Source: Octopus vulgaris (taxonomy: Eukaryota). Taken from it: DNA of 64,000 bases. Numbering within the stretch: the stretch's first letter is position 1; each line of letters begins with the position of its first letter. Positions 1 through 11,872 of this stretch are shown here, in pieces. Below the pieces are notes generated by a model. That model was not told the DNA's origin, ran no database searches, and saw nothing but the letters and a program-made list of their open reading frames with translations. A program made the translations under genes and the position numbers. The stretch spans positions 75,020,001-75,084,000 of the forward strand of contig OX597828.1 of assembly GCA_951406725.2 (NCBI GenBank), read 5' to 3'.

Positions 1-150
1 GTGTTTACGTCCCCGTAACTTAGTGGTTCGGCAAAAGAGACCAATAGAATAAGTACTAGGCTTACAAAGAATAAGTCCCGGGGTCGATTTGCTCGACTAA
101 AGGCGGTGCTCCAGCATGGCCACAGTCAACTGACTGAAACAAGTAAAAGA
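1..150 (+). mobile_element. SINE family A, 3' part (cut by window edge)
   Basis: Matches the 3' half of the full copy at 44993-45378 (gtaacttag..ggttcggcaaaagagacc..gtgctccagcatggccacagtc..gactgaaacaagtaaaaga). Confidence 0.9.
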
Positions 151-154
151 GAGT

Positions 155-350
155 ATTTGGGGCCTTGGGACCAGTATCAAAAGACATCAAGTGGAATATA
201 ACGGAAATAGGAATAGAATGCCCAGAAGAGCCTCCTTGCACAAGAATAATCAGGAAAGTATTAGTTGGAAAGAATAGCATGGTACCATAGGCTGCTGGTA
301 GCAAGACTCTAGGAGTTCCAACACAACCTGAATTGAAAGAAGAATGGTAA
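155..350 (+). mobile_element. 3' end fragment of RLE-type (R4/Dong-like) LINE
   Basis: Decayed translation GALGPVSKDIK..EIGIECP..TRIIRKVL resembles the C-terminus seen at 7100-7250 and 49330-49515. Confidence 0.6.
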
Positions 351-509
351 TAAAAATAATGATTTCTAATTTTGGCACTAGAGGAGGGTGTTAATTCATT
401 CAGTTCCTGTGTTTGACTGGTCCTTTATTTTATTGGGTTTTGGGAGAAGAAAAGCAAAGTTAACCTTGGCAGGATTTGAATTTGGAACACAAAAGAACTG
501 GAATAAATA

Positions 510-650
510 CCAGAAGCTGCCCCAGGGTCCAGAGTCTGTTTTGGCTGAGTTTCTACAGCTGGATATCCTTCTTAATGCCAACCCCTTCACAAAGTGTACT
601 GGGTGCTTTATACATGGCACCAGCACCAGTGTGTTTTGCTTGGCATATTC
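510..650 (-). mobile_element. SINE family B internal fragment
   Basis: tttctacagctggatatccttcttaatgccaacc..gggtgctt core shared with the other B copies. Confidence 0.7.
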
Positions 651-729
651 TAAGAGCATAAGATGTAGTTTGATCATAGCAGATATAATACAAAAGAACC
701 CTGCAGGGTGGGATAGTCAAAGAAACAGG

Positions 730-945
730 AAAATTTGTTATAAATTTATTCTTTCTGTGCAACCAAATGATCCATGGCCTGGTACTGATCTGTGGCCCAG
801 TGGTTGGCTACCCCGGATCTACCTGACTCTCTAAGGACCCTAACAATTCACTGAACACACACACACACACAGAGTAATTACAACATGAATTAAACGACAC
901 AACCATTGTGTGGTCCCACATTATTATCAATGAGAAACTGCATAG
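730..945. repeat. ~210-bp segment directly repeated at ~1850-2055 (weaker partial copy ~4040-4100)
   Basis: Near-identical ctttctgtgcaaccaaatgatccatggcctggtactgatctgtggcccagtggttgg..gtgtggtcccacatt in both places. Confidence 0.9.
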
Positions 946-959
946 TCTATTGCTTTTCA

Positions 960-1290
960 AATAGGAAGGATACATTGGATAATGTGTCTCTAGGTAGACT
1001 ATGCCTGAAACAAATATTGAAAGACAAGACTGAAATGCCTTTGATCCTAAGTGTAAATGATTACAGCTGAAGTCAACAACAACTACAACAACTCTATGTA
1101 GTCATTTGCCTTGCTAGAAATAGCTACTAAATCTTCCACAAATCACATGATATGATCTTAAATAAAAGAGACTTAGTGGATAATGTGGTTGAGATGCACT
1201 ATGCCTGAAATTAAGATGGGATTGTCATGGCTGGAGCACCTTTGGACTTAGATCTGGTCAGGTTTGACTTGAAGCTAAAGACTATGACAC
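960..1290. repeat. Old interspersed repeat (family F), two tandem partial copies
   Basis: Motifs ttgctagaaatagc, ggataatgt..tatgcctgaaa and gtcatggctgga..cctttg recur at ~9030-9200, ~9310-9500, ~11080-11260, ~39480-39620 and ~63040-63220. Confidence 0.6.
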
Positions 1291-1736
1291 TGTTCACACA
1301 CATCAGAAACATCCATCCAAACACAAACCCTGGAAACATCTGAAACTCTTAAAACCTTCATCCTCACCCATAACACACCCAGATACATCCACCCCCACTT
1401 CATCTTTAGACCCTAATTCCCCAAGGTCTCCTCTGAATAGTTTCCCCACTAGATGGCGTGCTTGTTTTTATGGTAGCTTTTGATTGGCTGTAGCTTGTAT
1501 AAATGGCTTCGCAGAATGGTGGATAGACTTTGGGTTTACTTACACACGAAATATCTCTCCTTGAAGGCACTGGTCTGAAACCAAAGAATGCAGAGCGAAA
1601 CATGAATTAAGACATTGTGTTAGGGGCTGGGATGGGCTAGGGGAATGATTTAAAATGGTTTCCCAGAGGATAATTAGGCCCTTTGAGTGAGTGAGAAATT
1701 TCTTCCATTTCATATATATAGATATATATACTCACA

Positions 1737-2089
1737 CAAGACAGTAAAAATAAGAATGGACATTTATACATCCTCAAAAGCTTGTTTATTACAGTTTTAC
1801 GTACTATACATTCACTTTAAATCTCAGTCCAACATGTGTTTTTTTTGCATAAATTTGTAATAAATTTAATTCTTTCTGTGCAACCAAATGATCCATGGCC
1901 TGGTACTGATCTGTGGCCCAGTGGTTGGGTACCCCAGATCTACCTGACTCTCTAAGGACTCTAACAATTCACTGAACACACACACAAACTACAACATGAA
2001 TTAAACAGCACAACCACTGTGTGGTCCCACATTGTTGCCAATGGGAAGCTGCATCCAGTTGCATCCTGTTAATTCAATCACTGCTTGGA

Positions 2090-2126
<37 letters not shown>

Positions 2127-2296
2127 CTTGGATGAACTTATGATAGGATTGAACTTACAAGATGCAACATCTTAGGACATCTATGCAATAGAAACACGTG
2201 TTGGACAAAGATTTGAAATAAAAGTATTGCATATAATACTGCAATAACCAAGCTTTCGAGGATGTAGAATTCTGCATTGTTATTTCTAATGTCTTG
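1737..2296. mobile_element. Decayed inverted-repeat element (putative Penelope pLTR derivative)
   Basis: Arm 1737-1851 is the imperfect reverse complement of 2181-2296. The right arm has GAAAC-ACGT-GTT (2191-2202), a hammerhead 3'-half-like motif. TA-rich flanks. Confidence 0.6.
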
Positions 2297-2451
2297 AATA
2301 TATTCTTTGTATAAATTCCAACGCGTAAAATACCAAGTAATTGTTTACCTTAAGCAATTTCCCTTAAGTTTCATATTCTTCAATGTGATTAGTCTGAACC
2401 TGGATTATCACTTGTAAGATACTTGCCCAGATTCAAAGTTCCTATTCTTTT

Positions 2452-2840
2452 CATCATCATCATCATCATCATTTAACGTCTGCTTTCCATGCTAGCATAG
2501 GTTGGACGTATGAATGAGGGCTGGTGAACCAGATGGCTGCACCAGGCTTCAATCTTGATCTGGCAAGGTTTCTACAGCTGGATGCTCTTCCTAATGCCAA
2601 CCACTCTGAGAGTGTAGTGGGTGCTTTTACGTGCCACCGGCCCGGGGGCCAGGCAGGCGGTACTGGCAATGACCTCGCTCAAATCTTTTACACATGCCAC
2701 CAGCACAGGTGCCAGTAAAGCGATGCTGGCAACGATCACGCTCGAATGGTGTTTTTTACGTGCCACCGGCATGGAGCCATATACCCGCTCTAGCAATGAT
2801 CACGCTCAGATGGTGCTCTTAATACCCTACTAGCACAGGG
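2452..2840 (-). mobile_element. SINE family B
   Basis: (CAT)n tail, then ttaacgtctgctttccatgctagc..tttctacagctggatgctcttcctaatgccaaccactctgagagtgtagtggg, then internal ~60-bp repeats. Confidence 0.9.
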
Positions 2841-2893
2841 CTCGAGATGTTTTATATATATATATATATTTAGATATTTATATATATATATAC

Positions 2894-3130
2894 TTTACTA
2901 ATAAAGCTGCAAAGACATCACAAAACCTGTTTCTCAGAGTTTCATATTCCTGTCCGTCGGACAGTTTTGGTTGAGAATCTCAACTAAAGCTGACAAATGG
3001 GAATGTGGAACTCGGAGTAACAGGTTTTGTGATGTCTTTGCAGCTTTATTAATAAAACATATTACTCTACCTCCGGTATTCCAGTACTATTTTATGCCAC
3101 CTTGTTTCACATTTATGTGCTTACTCTGGT
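2894..3130. mobile_element. Palindromic Penelope-pLTR-like insert with degenerate hammerhead motifs in both arms
   Basis: 2894-2964 is the reverse complement of ~2990-3056 around a central hairpin (ttggttgaga-a-tctcaactaa). A unique extension runs to ~3130. (TA)n on both sides. Confidence 0.7.
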
Positions 3131-3155
3131 AAATATATATATATATATATATATC

Positions 3156-3186
<31 letters not shown>

Positions 3187-3479
3187 ACACACACGTGTAT
3201 GTGACACTCTTTCATGTCAGATATGACGCTATAGTGTTTAGTATTCCTATGTCTTCTTCCCACCTCAATACATGTTCAGTAATCCTTTCTTTGTATATGT
3301 TTGTCTATGAATGATAATATAAAAAAAAAACAAAATGAAAACATGCAAAAGAACAGAAAAAAGTATTTAAAGTTAAAGAAGAAAATAATTAAACAGCAGT
3401 TGGGACAGAAAGAGGAAAAATATAAAAGGAAGAAGGTAAAAGAGGAGAAGATGTGACTATTATGGATGTTCAGTTGGAT

Positions 3480-3790
3480 CACACTGGATGTCCGAGGTTT
3501 GCTGACACAACTTGCGGGCTCCAAAATCCCAAGCAAGAACCTCCTAAAATGTAAAAATAGCCCCAAAATTGCCATTCTGGAGTTAAGGATGCTCCCTAGT
3601 TCAAGCGAGTCTTTTAGGATTCTCGTGTGTTCAGCTATGTATAACTTGAAACATTTTGTCCCGTTGATGTAGGGGCCTGGGTTCTCAAGGATTTTCCATG
3701 AGATCGAGTATGGGATCCCATCATCTCTCAGTTGTCAGATGTGGCTGACCAGCGATGTTATGTATCTCCTTACCAACTTGCATGTTGGGC
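3480..3790 (-). pseudogene. Penelope-like element GIY-YIG endonuclease C-terminal remnant
   Basis: Minus-strand translation TSLVSHI*QLRDDGIPYSISWKILENPGPYINGTKCFKLYIAE..ILNSRMAILGLFLHFRRFLL fits the PLE pattern T.LS.HIW.LK..I.Y.I.WKIL...PY.NG.K.C.LC..EK...LNSR.E...C.H.RKFLL. In-frame stop present and Cys residues lost. Confidence 0.75.
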
Positions 3791-4399
3791 CATATTTTAT
3801 AGAGATGTGATTCTGTAAGGTGGCAGGTTGCAACCTTTTTGGACCATGGATCAGTTTCATGTCAGACAATTTTCCCACAGGCCAGGGGATCACATGCATA
3901 GCAAGACATAATAAAGTGCATAATACATAATTTAATTATTTCACATATAATACATATATTATGTAAATGATTCATACATAATGCAAAAATGCTCTGCGGA
4001 TTGCGATTGTCAATGAAATAGAAATAAAATTTGGAAGTATATTCTTTCTGTGTGGCTCCAAACCAAATGATCCATGGCTTGGTGGTTGGGATCCCTAGCT
4101 GTAAGGAACTTTGATATGATGATTTTTGGTTTGTATCTGAATTCAGATGTTGCACTGTGAAGCAGGAATTGTAATTTGTTAAATGTTTCTTTTGAAAACA
4201 GAAGTTGATTTCTGCAGCAGTTCTTATTACAATGAATCATCACACACACAAACACACATGTACAGATATCTAAAAGAAAGGCAGGGAAAAGATGCAGTTG
4301 TATATCTGTCAATAGAGGGGGTATATGTCCATCATGGTGAGATCAACCATGATGGACATATAAAGCTGTACTTTTCGAATGATAGATATAATTTAGAAA

Positions 4400-4740
4400 A
4401 TTACTATTTTTAAATCTCACAACGTGAGATATTCAGCAACAGTACTTTGGAGTAAAGATTGTTTGCCAACATAACATGGCAGTCCTGGTTTAGGACGAAT
4501 GTTGCTGTCATTTAGCCCCAGGAAACATCGTCTCCAGCTGGCTATAAGACACGATCTGTGTCCTTATGTTTTTGAACAAGGGAATCTAGCTGAGTTGGGG
4601 TGCTAGATTCCCTTGTTCAAAAATATAAGGACACAGATTGTGTCTATAGCCAGCTGGAGACGATATCTCTTGGGGCTAAATTACAGCAACATTAGTCCTA
4701 AACCAGAACTGCCATGTTATGTTGGCAAACAATCTTTACT
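4400..4740. mobile_element. Long palindromic element (~140-bp arms, 4451-4590 / 4602-4740)
   Basis: agtaaagattgtttgccaacataacatggcag..gggaatctagc and gctagattccc..ctgccatgttatgttggcaaacaatctttact are reverse complements with few mismatches and an ~11-nt loop. Confidence 0.85.
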
Positions 4741-5729
4741 AATATATATAATGTATATAAACAATACATATAAGTAATAACCTCCTTCTCCTCCTCATTT
4801 AGTATCCGTTTTCCATGCAGGCATGGGTTGTACAGTTCAGCAGATTAGAAAACAGATACAAATTAATTTATAATTGATACATTAATTTGTATCCATTAGA
4901 TCTCTCTGTTTTCTAACTCAATAAAAGTGTTTGATATCCTACGATTATCTATATAATATATTCTTTGAAGGAAGGATTATCTCTTAACCATCCCTATAAG
5001 AGGTTTAAATATCCTCATTGTGACTAATATATATATATATATATATGTAGGTCCAACCCATGCCAGCATGGACAACAGACGTTAGATGATGATGATGTAA
5101 CACATCCATTTAAAACCATATAATGTATATATTTACCTGTACTTATGTATATATGTCTTCTATATGTATACATATATATTATATGTTTATGTATGTATAT
5201 AGTGTAAATGAAATGTACATATATATAATATAAACACATCTATATATAATGGTGTATGTGAGTTTTATATATATATGTATGTATATGTATGTATCTTTAG
5301 AATCTTCCTTTGTGTGAATTCTTCACAATGAAAAATAGTTGAATGATTTCATTATGTATGGTTTTATGTGGGCGTGTATGTGTGTGTTTTGGGTGCATAT
5401 AGATATGTGTGTGTATATATCCACATGTGTATGTAGGTGTGAGCTCCTGTGCATGCGTGTGAGTGGATGTATGTGTAGAAAGGAATGAATGGCAAATCTA
5501 TAGAAAAATCACTCAACCGAACAGATGTCACAGTTAAATGGATGTTATGGTCAAAGGGTTCTCTTTTTAATTTTTACTTTCCTTTTACGTTATCATTGCT
5601 TTATTTAGTTTTTGTTTTTTTATTTGTCATATTTGGAATTTGTTTTATTTTATTTCAAAATTTTCAACACAAAAATAGAATCAATATATGAATTATATTA
5701 AAATGAATTGAAATTTTGCTCTGAACTGA

Positions 5730-5759
5730 ATAATAACAATAATAATAATGATAATAATG

Positions 5760-5793
<34 letters not shown>

Positions 5794-5820
5794 TAATAAT
5801 AATAATGATGATGATGATGA
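5730..5820. repeat. (AAT)n/(GAT)n microsatellite
   Basis: Seen directly. Confidence 0.95.
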
Positions 5821-6170
5821 TCATCATCATCATCATCGTTTAACGTCCGTTTTCCGCGCTAGCACGGGTTGAACGGTTCGACCGGGGTCTGGGAAGCCAG
5901 GAGGCTGCACCAGGCTCCAGTCTGATCTGGCAGTGTTTCTACAGATGGGTGCCCTTCCTAACGCCAACCACTCCGCGAGTGTAGTGAGTGCTTTTTACGT
6001 GTCACCGGCACAGGTGCCAGGAGAATCCGGCATCAGCCACGATCGGTTGGTGCTTTTAACGTGCCACCGGCACGGAAGCTAGTCAAGGCGGCGCTGGCAT
6101 CGGCCACGTTCGGATGGTGCTTTTTATGAGCCACCGGCACAGGTATCACAACTACTATTTCCATTGATAT
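5820..6170 (-). mobile_element. SINE family B (CpG-rich, probably young copy)
   Basis: catcatcgtttaacgtccgttttccgcgctagcacggg..gcccttcctaacgccaaccactccgcgagtgtagtg plus three internal repeat units. Confidence 0.9.
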
Positions 6171-6207
6171 TTATGGAATGATGATAATAATAATAATAAT
6201 AATGATG

Positions 6208-6257
<50 letters not shown>

Positions 6258-6658
6258 TGTAATAATCCTTTCTACTATAGGCACAAGGCCTGAAATTTTG
6301 GGGGAGGGGACCAGTTGATTACATCGACCCCAGTGTTTCACTGCTACCTCATTTATTGAACCCAAAAGGATGAAAGGCAAAGTTGACCCTGGCAGCATTT
6401 GAACTCAGAGCAAACAATTCTGCCAGCTTGCTGCCTTAATAATAATCCTTTCCAGTATAGGTACATGACCTGACATCTTTTGGGGGTAGGGGACTAGTCG
6501 ATTACATTGATCCCAGTACGTAACTGGTACTTATTTTATTGGCCCTGAAAGGATGACAGACGACCTTGGTGGAATTTGAACTCAGAATGTTAAGATAAAT
6601 TAAATGCAACTAAACATTTTGCCTGGCATGTTAACGATTCTGCCAGTTCACTGCCTAA
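6258..6658 (-). mobile_element. Two tandem SINE family C copies (tRNA-derived)
   Basis: Minus strand reads A-box-like tggcagaatcgtt, B-box-like gagttcaaa, central gcctttcatcct..gtaccag domain and an (ATT)n tail. Copies at ~6258-6437 and ~6440-6658. Confidence 0.85.
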
Positions 6659-6659
6659 C

Positions 6660-7345
6660 GATAAATGCAGAATGATGACACTACCGATAGCAACATATGC
6701 AGAATGTGTGGTGAGAGGGTATGGCACATCGTTTGTGAATGCCCGGAATTGGCACAATGCAAGTAAAAAAAAGATGCTGTGACATTGTGGCAAGAATGAT
6801 CCAATGTTGGAATTCTGTGGGAATCACAGTCTACAAGGATGTGGTATCAGCAAACCCCAGAAGGAGTCACCAAAAATGAGAATTGCAAAATCCTGTGGGA
6901 TGCAATGATCCAGTGCGATCACCCGACCAGACATTGGAATCTGGACATTGTTGTGGTGAGTAAAAAGGAAAGAACATGTATGAGAATCGACACAGCATGC
7001 CCCGGTGACAACAGGATCAATGAGAAAGAAGAAGAAAAAATAAATGACTCTGACGATTTGAAGTGGGAAACACGAAGGTGGTGGTCAATGAAGGGAGGAG
7101 ACGTGATAGCCATAGTAATTGGTGCCTCTTGGAAGTATCAGAACTCAGCTACCAGCATGGCTGAAAAAGATCGGTGCAAGTGTGAAGGTAGAACACCTAC
7201 AAAAATCAGCACTGCTTGGAACTGCAAGAATTCTTTGCAGGGTTCTTGAAGCATGACCAGTAAACAAGTGTCACCTTAGTCCCCTAGCTGTGGACAGCTG
7301 ACACTTTCCATCATAGCCAGCAAAAGAAGCTGTGAGTTTTAATAC
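6660..7345 (+). pseudogene. RLE-type (R4/Dong-like) LINE 3' fragment: CCHC knuckle plus restriction-like endonuclease
   Basis: HIVCECPELAQ..WYQQTPEGVTKNENCKILWDAMIQCDHPTRHWNLDIVVV..IDTACPGDNRINEKEEEK..IVIGA / LGSIRTQLPAWLKKIGASVKVEHLQKSALLGTARILCRVL. Frameshifts present; followed by an (AAT)n tail. Confidence 0.85.
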
Positions 7346-7363
7346 AACAACAATAAAAATAAC

Positions 7364-7407
<44 letters not shown>

Positions 7408-7414
<7 letters not shown>

Positions 7415-7620
7415 CCTTTCTACTAAAGATACAAGGCTTTTTGGGGAGAGGACTAGTTGATTACATTGACCCTAGTGTTTCACTGGTACTTAATTTATCG
7501 ACCCTGAAAGGATGAAAGGCAAAGTTGACCTCTGTGGAATTTGAACTCAGAACGTAAGGACAGACGAAGTGCCACTAAGCATTTTGCCCACTCTGCTAAT
7601 GATTCTGCCAGCTCACCACC
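7408..7620 (-). mobile_element. SINE family C
   Basis: Same sequence as the 41410-41632 copy; tail merges into (AAT)n. Confidence 0.88.
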
Positions 7621-7674
<54 letters not shown>

Positions 7675-8456
7675 TGGAAAGAATATTTTGATAAGAAGCA
7701 TCTGAATGAAAGACTATTGTCTCAAGATTGAAGTGGTTTTGGTTTTTGTCAGCAGATTTTAGTTTAATGAATTTAATATTTTTGTGAAGAAATGTTTTGT
7801 AATTAAAACTGTTGAGGAATGGATTCCTGATGGTTTTATTGTTATTTCACCTCCTCGTTTCCAAGTCAGATTTGATTTATTACCAGAATCAAAGCTTTTC
7901 CAACTCTAACTATTCCATTTTTTTTGTCTTTTACAGATTATAGCATAACAAGAACTACAGTTATGTATATTATAAAAATCCTTCCTCTTCACACATCAAT
8001 CAACCCTAGGTGACTGCATTAGACATTTCCTTGTTGTGCTGCACTGTGGAATCAAACCTGGAACCCATGGTTACAAAATGAACTTCTTAACCAGACAGCC
8101 ATGGCTGTGTCGTGTATTGATACATACAACCCGATTCAAAAACACTGACATCACTTTTATTGCCGCCGCCGCCACCACCACCCCACCACCATCATCATCA
8201 TCTTCCGTGGATTCTGTGTTTGAGCTACCTTATCTAATGTGTCCTTCTCGTTTTGCAAGAGGAGACTGTGTGATTGATTCATGTGGCATTTGTCTGCTAT
8301 TTCTAGCATGTTAAGAAATCATATAAATTGGTTATGGGCAAATGGTGGTTTCTGGGACTTTCCGAACGGTGAGCCTAATGTAAAATTACCTTGAATTTTC
8401 TTTTAGAAGGGCAGCCCACCTGATGACAAGTCATGTCTCACCTGGCCAGCTTCTTG

Positions 8457-8982
8457 TTAATCCTTTTGCATTCAGATTACTCTGTCAAGCGTACCACCAC
8501 CACCACCACCACCATCATCATCATTTAACGTCCATTGTCCATGCTGGCATGGGTTGGATGGTTTAACTGGGCTGGCACGCTGGAAGGCTGTGCCTGGCTC
8601 CAGTCTGATTTGGCATGGTTTTCTACGGCTGGATGACCCTTCCTAATGCCAACCACTCTGAGAGTGTAATGGGTGCTTTTACCTGCCGCTGGCACAGATG
8701 CCATTTGCATGGCACCAGTATCTGCCACGGCTGCGATCTGGCTCAGCTTGATGGGTCTTCTTCTCAAGCACGACATAATGCCAAAAGTCTTGCTCTATTC
8801 ACATTGTTTTCAATTAGTCATGCATCATTGTATAGCCTTGTGGTTTCAATAATAGAGTTTAATTTTTGGAATAACATTGTGGGGTAGGTGTGAGAAGCCA
8901 GATCTGGCTATTTCTAACATAAAACACGCAGAATATTGAGACATTTAGGTTGGATCTGGTCAGTTTAAAGGACTAAAGGTTG
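8457..8982. mobile_element. Degenerate piggyBac-type MITE interrupted by a SINE B
   Basis: Left end ttaa-tccttttgcatt and right end actaaaggtt resemble TTAA-CCCTTT termini. The SINE splits it at ~8492-8790. Confidence 0.5.
8512..8790 (-). mobile_element. SINE family B
   Basis: (CAT)n-ttaacgtccattgtccatgctggcatgggttgga..cttcctaatgccaaccactctgagagtg. Confidence 0.88.
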
Positions 8983-10672
8983 GGACTATCTTTGACATTA
9001 GGTCTGTATCTGGTTGAATAGACTGACCTATGAGAAGAGGTCAACCCTGACCAAGCAAACCTATGAAAAGTATTCCAGTCGTGGCCATCCCACCTTTTTA
9101 GAAGTATGTGAGTTATTATTATCCAATGTGTACTGCCTTTATTTAGAATAACTGAGTGTAATCTGAAAAAGATTAGCTGCTATTTCTAGCAGGTTGAGTA
9201 CTACATACGTGTTTCCTTGTTGAGTGTGTGCGTGTGTGTGTCAGTGTGTGCATGTGTGTGTGCTGCTGTAGTTGGGTGATGTTTTGTGGAATAAGTATGA
9301 AGCTGTTCTTGTTGTTTAGCCCAAGGTCAACCCTGACTAAGTGGACATATGATCAAAATGTTTCAGCCACGACCATCCAGTCTTTGTGCATTTCAAACTC
9401 CATTATCTAATCTGTAATTCCCTTTTTGGAATGTAGAAGAATGCCTTGTGTAGGAGATTTAACAGTTATTTCTAGCATATCACATGGACATGCAGATGAT
9501 CCCCTGCCTCTGCCTTGTTATAGGGATGTATTATGGCTGAGTGATGTCACAGTTATGGAGTGTTGAATCACAGAAAATCTTGGCTTAATCAAGACGATTA
9601 ATTATAATGGTTAGGAGTAATTTCTAGTAAATAAAAATTTCAGTAATTATATCTTAACAATTTAATTACAAACTATAATTATTTCATTATATTTGTACAA
9701 GGATAAGAAAGCTCCACACTCTGTCCTTTCTTTCTTTCTTCCTCTCTTACCTTCTCTCCATTTTGATATATATATATATATATATATTAGTACATGTCTA
9801 TTTATATATATATATATGAAAAATAAATTTATATATGTGTGTATATATGTCTGAACATACACTCAAAGACATATTTGATACCTCAAGTCTCAATCTCTAT
9901 ATTCATATATATTTACATATATGCACACATTCACATACAAAGACACACACACACTCATTTACACACTCACACACATATATATACACAAATATACACAAAT
10001 ATTCAGATAATAATTTGGTTTGAGGATCCTCTAAAAAAAACTATTCGTCTATAAATATTAAGTTGTATTCTTGAGCTGGGGGTGGTGGGAGAGAGAGAGT
10101 GAGAGAGTGAGAGACGTGTGTTTGATGTTTCGTATGTAAATATATGTGATCATCAGTAGAACGAACAGAAATTTAGAAGGGATTAAAAGATGATTCAATC
10201 TTGGTGAAGCAAACGCTTTGCTTCTTACTTCCTTTACTTTTTACTTTTGTTTACTTTTTTTTTTACTTATGTACACTCACTATATGCAGACATATATATA
10301 TATTATATAAATACATGCACACACACACACACATATATATATATACACACACACATATATACACACACACACTTATAGATACATCACTATATATATATAT
10401 ATATATATGTGTATATATCTATTTATATACACACTTGTATATACACACACACACACAAACACACATAGTTTGAGAGAAGGGGGAATGTTGTTGGTTACGT
10501 ACATAAATATTGATTTCTGATATGGGCACTTGGTGTGAAGTGTGATGGAAATATTAAGGAGTTCAATACGTATATGTGTGTGTGTGTGTGCATAAATATA
10601 TATACATACATATATATATATAAAACAGCAAGATGTGTATTTCTTCAACTTACATTCATATATTTATGAATT

Positions 10673-10717
<45 letters not shown>

Positions 10718-11347
10718 ATATGTATATATACATATATATATATTCATATATTCATATACATATACATATATATACATATATATATATACACATATATATA
10801 TATACACATATATATATATATTCATGCGCACCCACATATCTGTCTGTCCATGAGCCTATCTCTTTATCAATCTCACAGATACACACATTCATGAAGGTGA
10901 TAAAGCACTTTATGGTGCTTGTTAAAAACCTGATAGCATCATCATCATCATCATCATCACTATTGTATATTGTAGTTTAAAGACGAGAAAAGACCGAACC
11001 AAAACCAACCAAAATAGGTTGATAATGAGGAGGTTCAAATAGTGTTTTCAGGTTGTTCCCCCCCCCCACCCATGGGCAGCCCTGATGAGTTGAGGTAGGA
11101 TGAAACGAATTCCAACTTTGACCATGCTCTGTACTTTAGCGTTTTGCAGGACTGCATCATCTCATGTATCACTATGATTTTTAAGGCCTTGCTATGTGAA
11201 CTGAAGGATATTTGGCTGCTATTTTTAACAGTCTGAGCAGCAACACAGAACCTTCTTTGATATTAAACCCACAGGAAACGGTTATGGAGGGAGAGCAGAT
11301 CTGATTTGTATTTCTATGGATGGGTCCACAAGGTTTGAAAATATATA

Positions 11348-11600
11348 TTCTTTTATTCTCTTACACATTTCAGATATTTCACTGTGGCCATGCTGGAGTA
11401 TTGCCTTAAAAGGTTTTAGCCAAAGAAATCGTCCCCAGGACTTATTCTTTGTGAGCCTAGTACTTATTCTATCGGTCTTTTCTACTGAATTGCTGAATTA
11501 CGGGGATGTAAACACACCAACATCAGTTGTTAAGTGATGGTGGGGTGGGGATGGACAAACACAGACAAAGACGCACACATAAATATACACACACATATAT
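11348..11600 (-). mobile_element. SINE family A, 3' half
   Basis: Reverse complement of the family A 3' region (ctgtggccatgctggag..tagtacttattctatcggtc..ttacggggatgtaaacacacc). Confidence 0.85.
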
Positions 11601-11616
11601 ATGTATATATATATAT

Positions 11617-11763
11617 GAAGGGCATCCAGCTGCAGAAACACTGCCAGATCTGACTGGAGCCTGGTGCAGCCTCCTGGCTTCCCAGACCCTGGTCGAACTG
11701 TCTAACCCATGCCAGCATGGAAAACGGACGTTAAACGATGATGATAATGATGATGATGATGAT
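11617..11763 (+). mobile_element. SINE family B, 5'-truncated
   Basis: gaagggcatccagctgcagaaacactgccagatctg..gcatggaaaacggacgttaaac(GAT)n. Confidence 0.88.
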
Positions 11764-11839
11764 ATATATGTATATATGACAGGCTTCTCTTTGCCCAACA
11801 TTGTAATGATTCTGCCAGCTCACTACCTTAATAATAATG

Positions 11840-11867
<28 letters not shown>

Positions 11868-11872
<5 letters not shown>

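Noticed and set aside
6839-7249. 136-aa ORF as a host gene
   Set aside because: It is the frameshifted RLE domain of a 5'-truncated LINE.
11078-11125. CTGATGAG..TGAAAC hammerhead-like words
   Set aside because: No pairable stem II or stem I and no NUH triplet at the right place; it lies in a decayed family F repeat.
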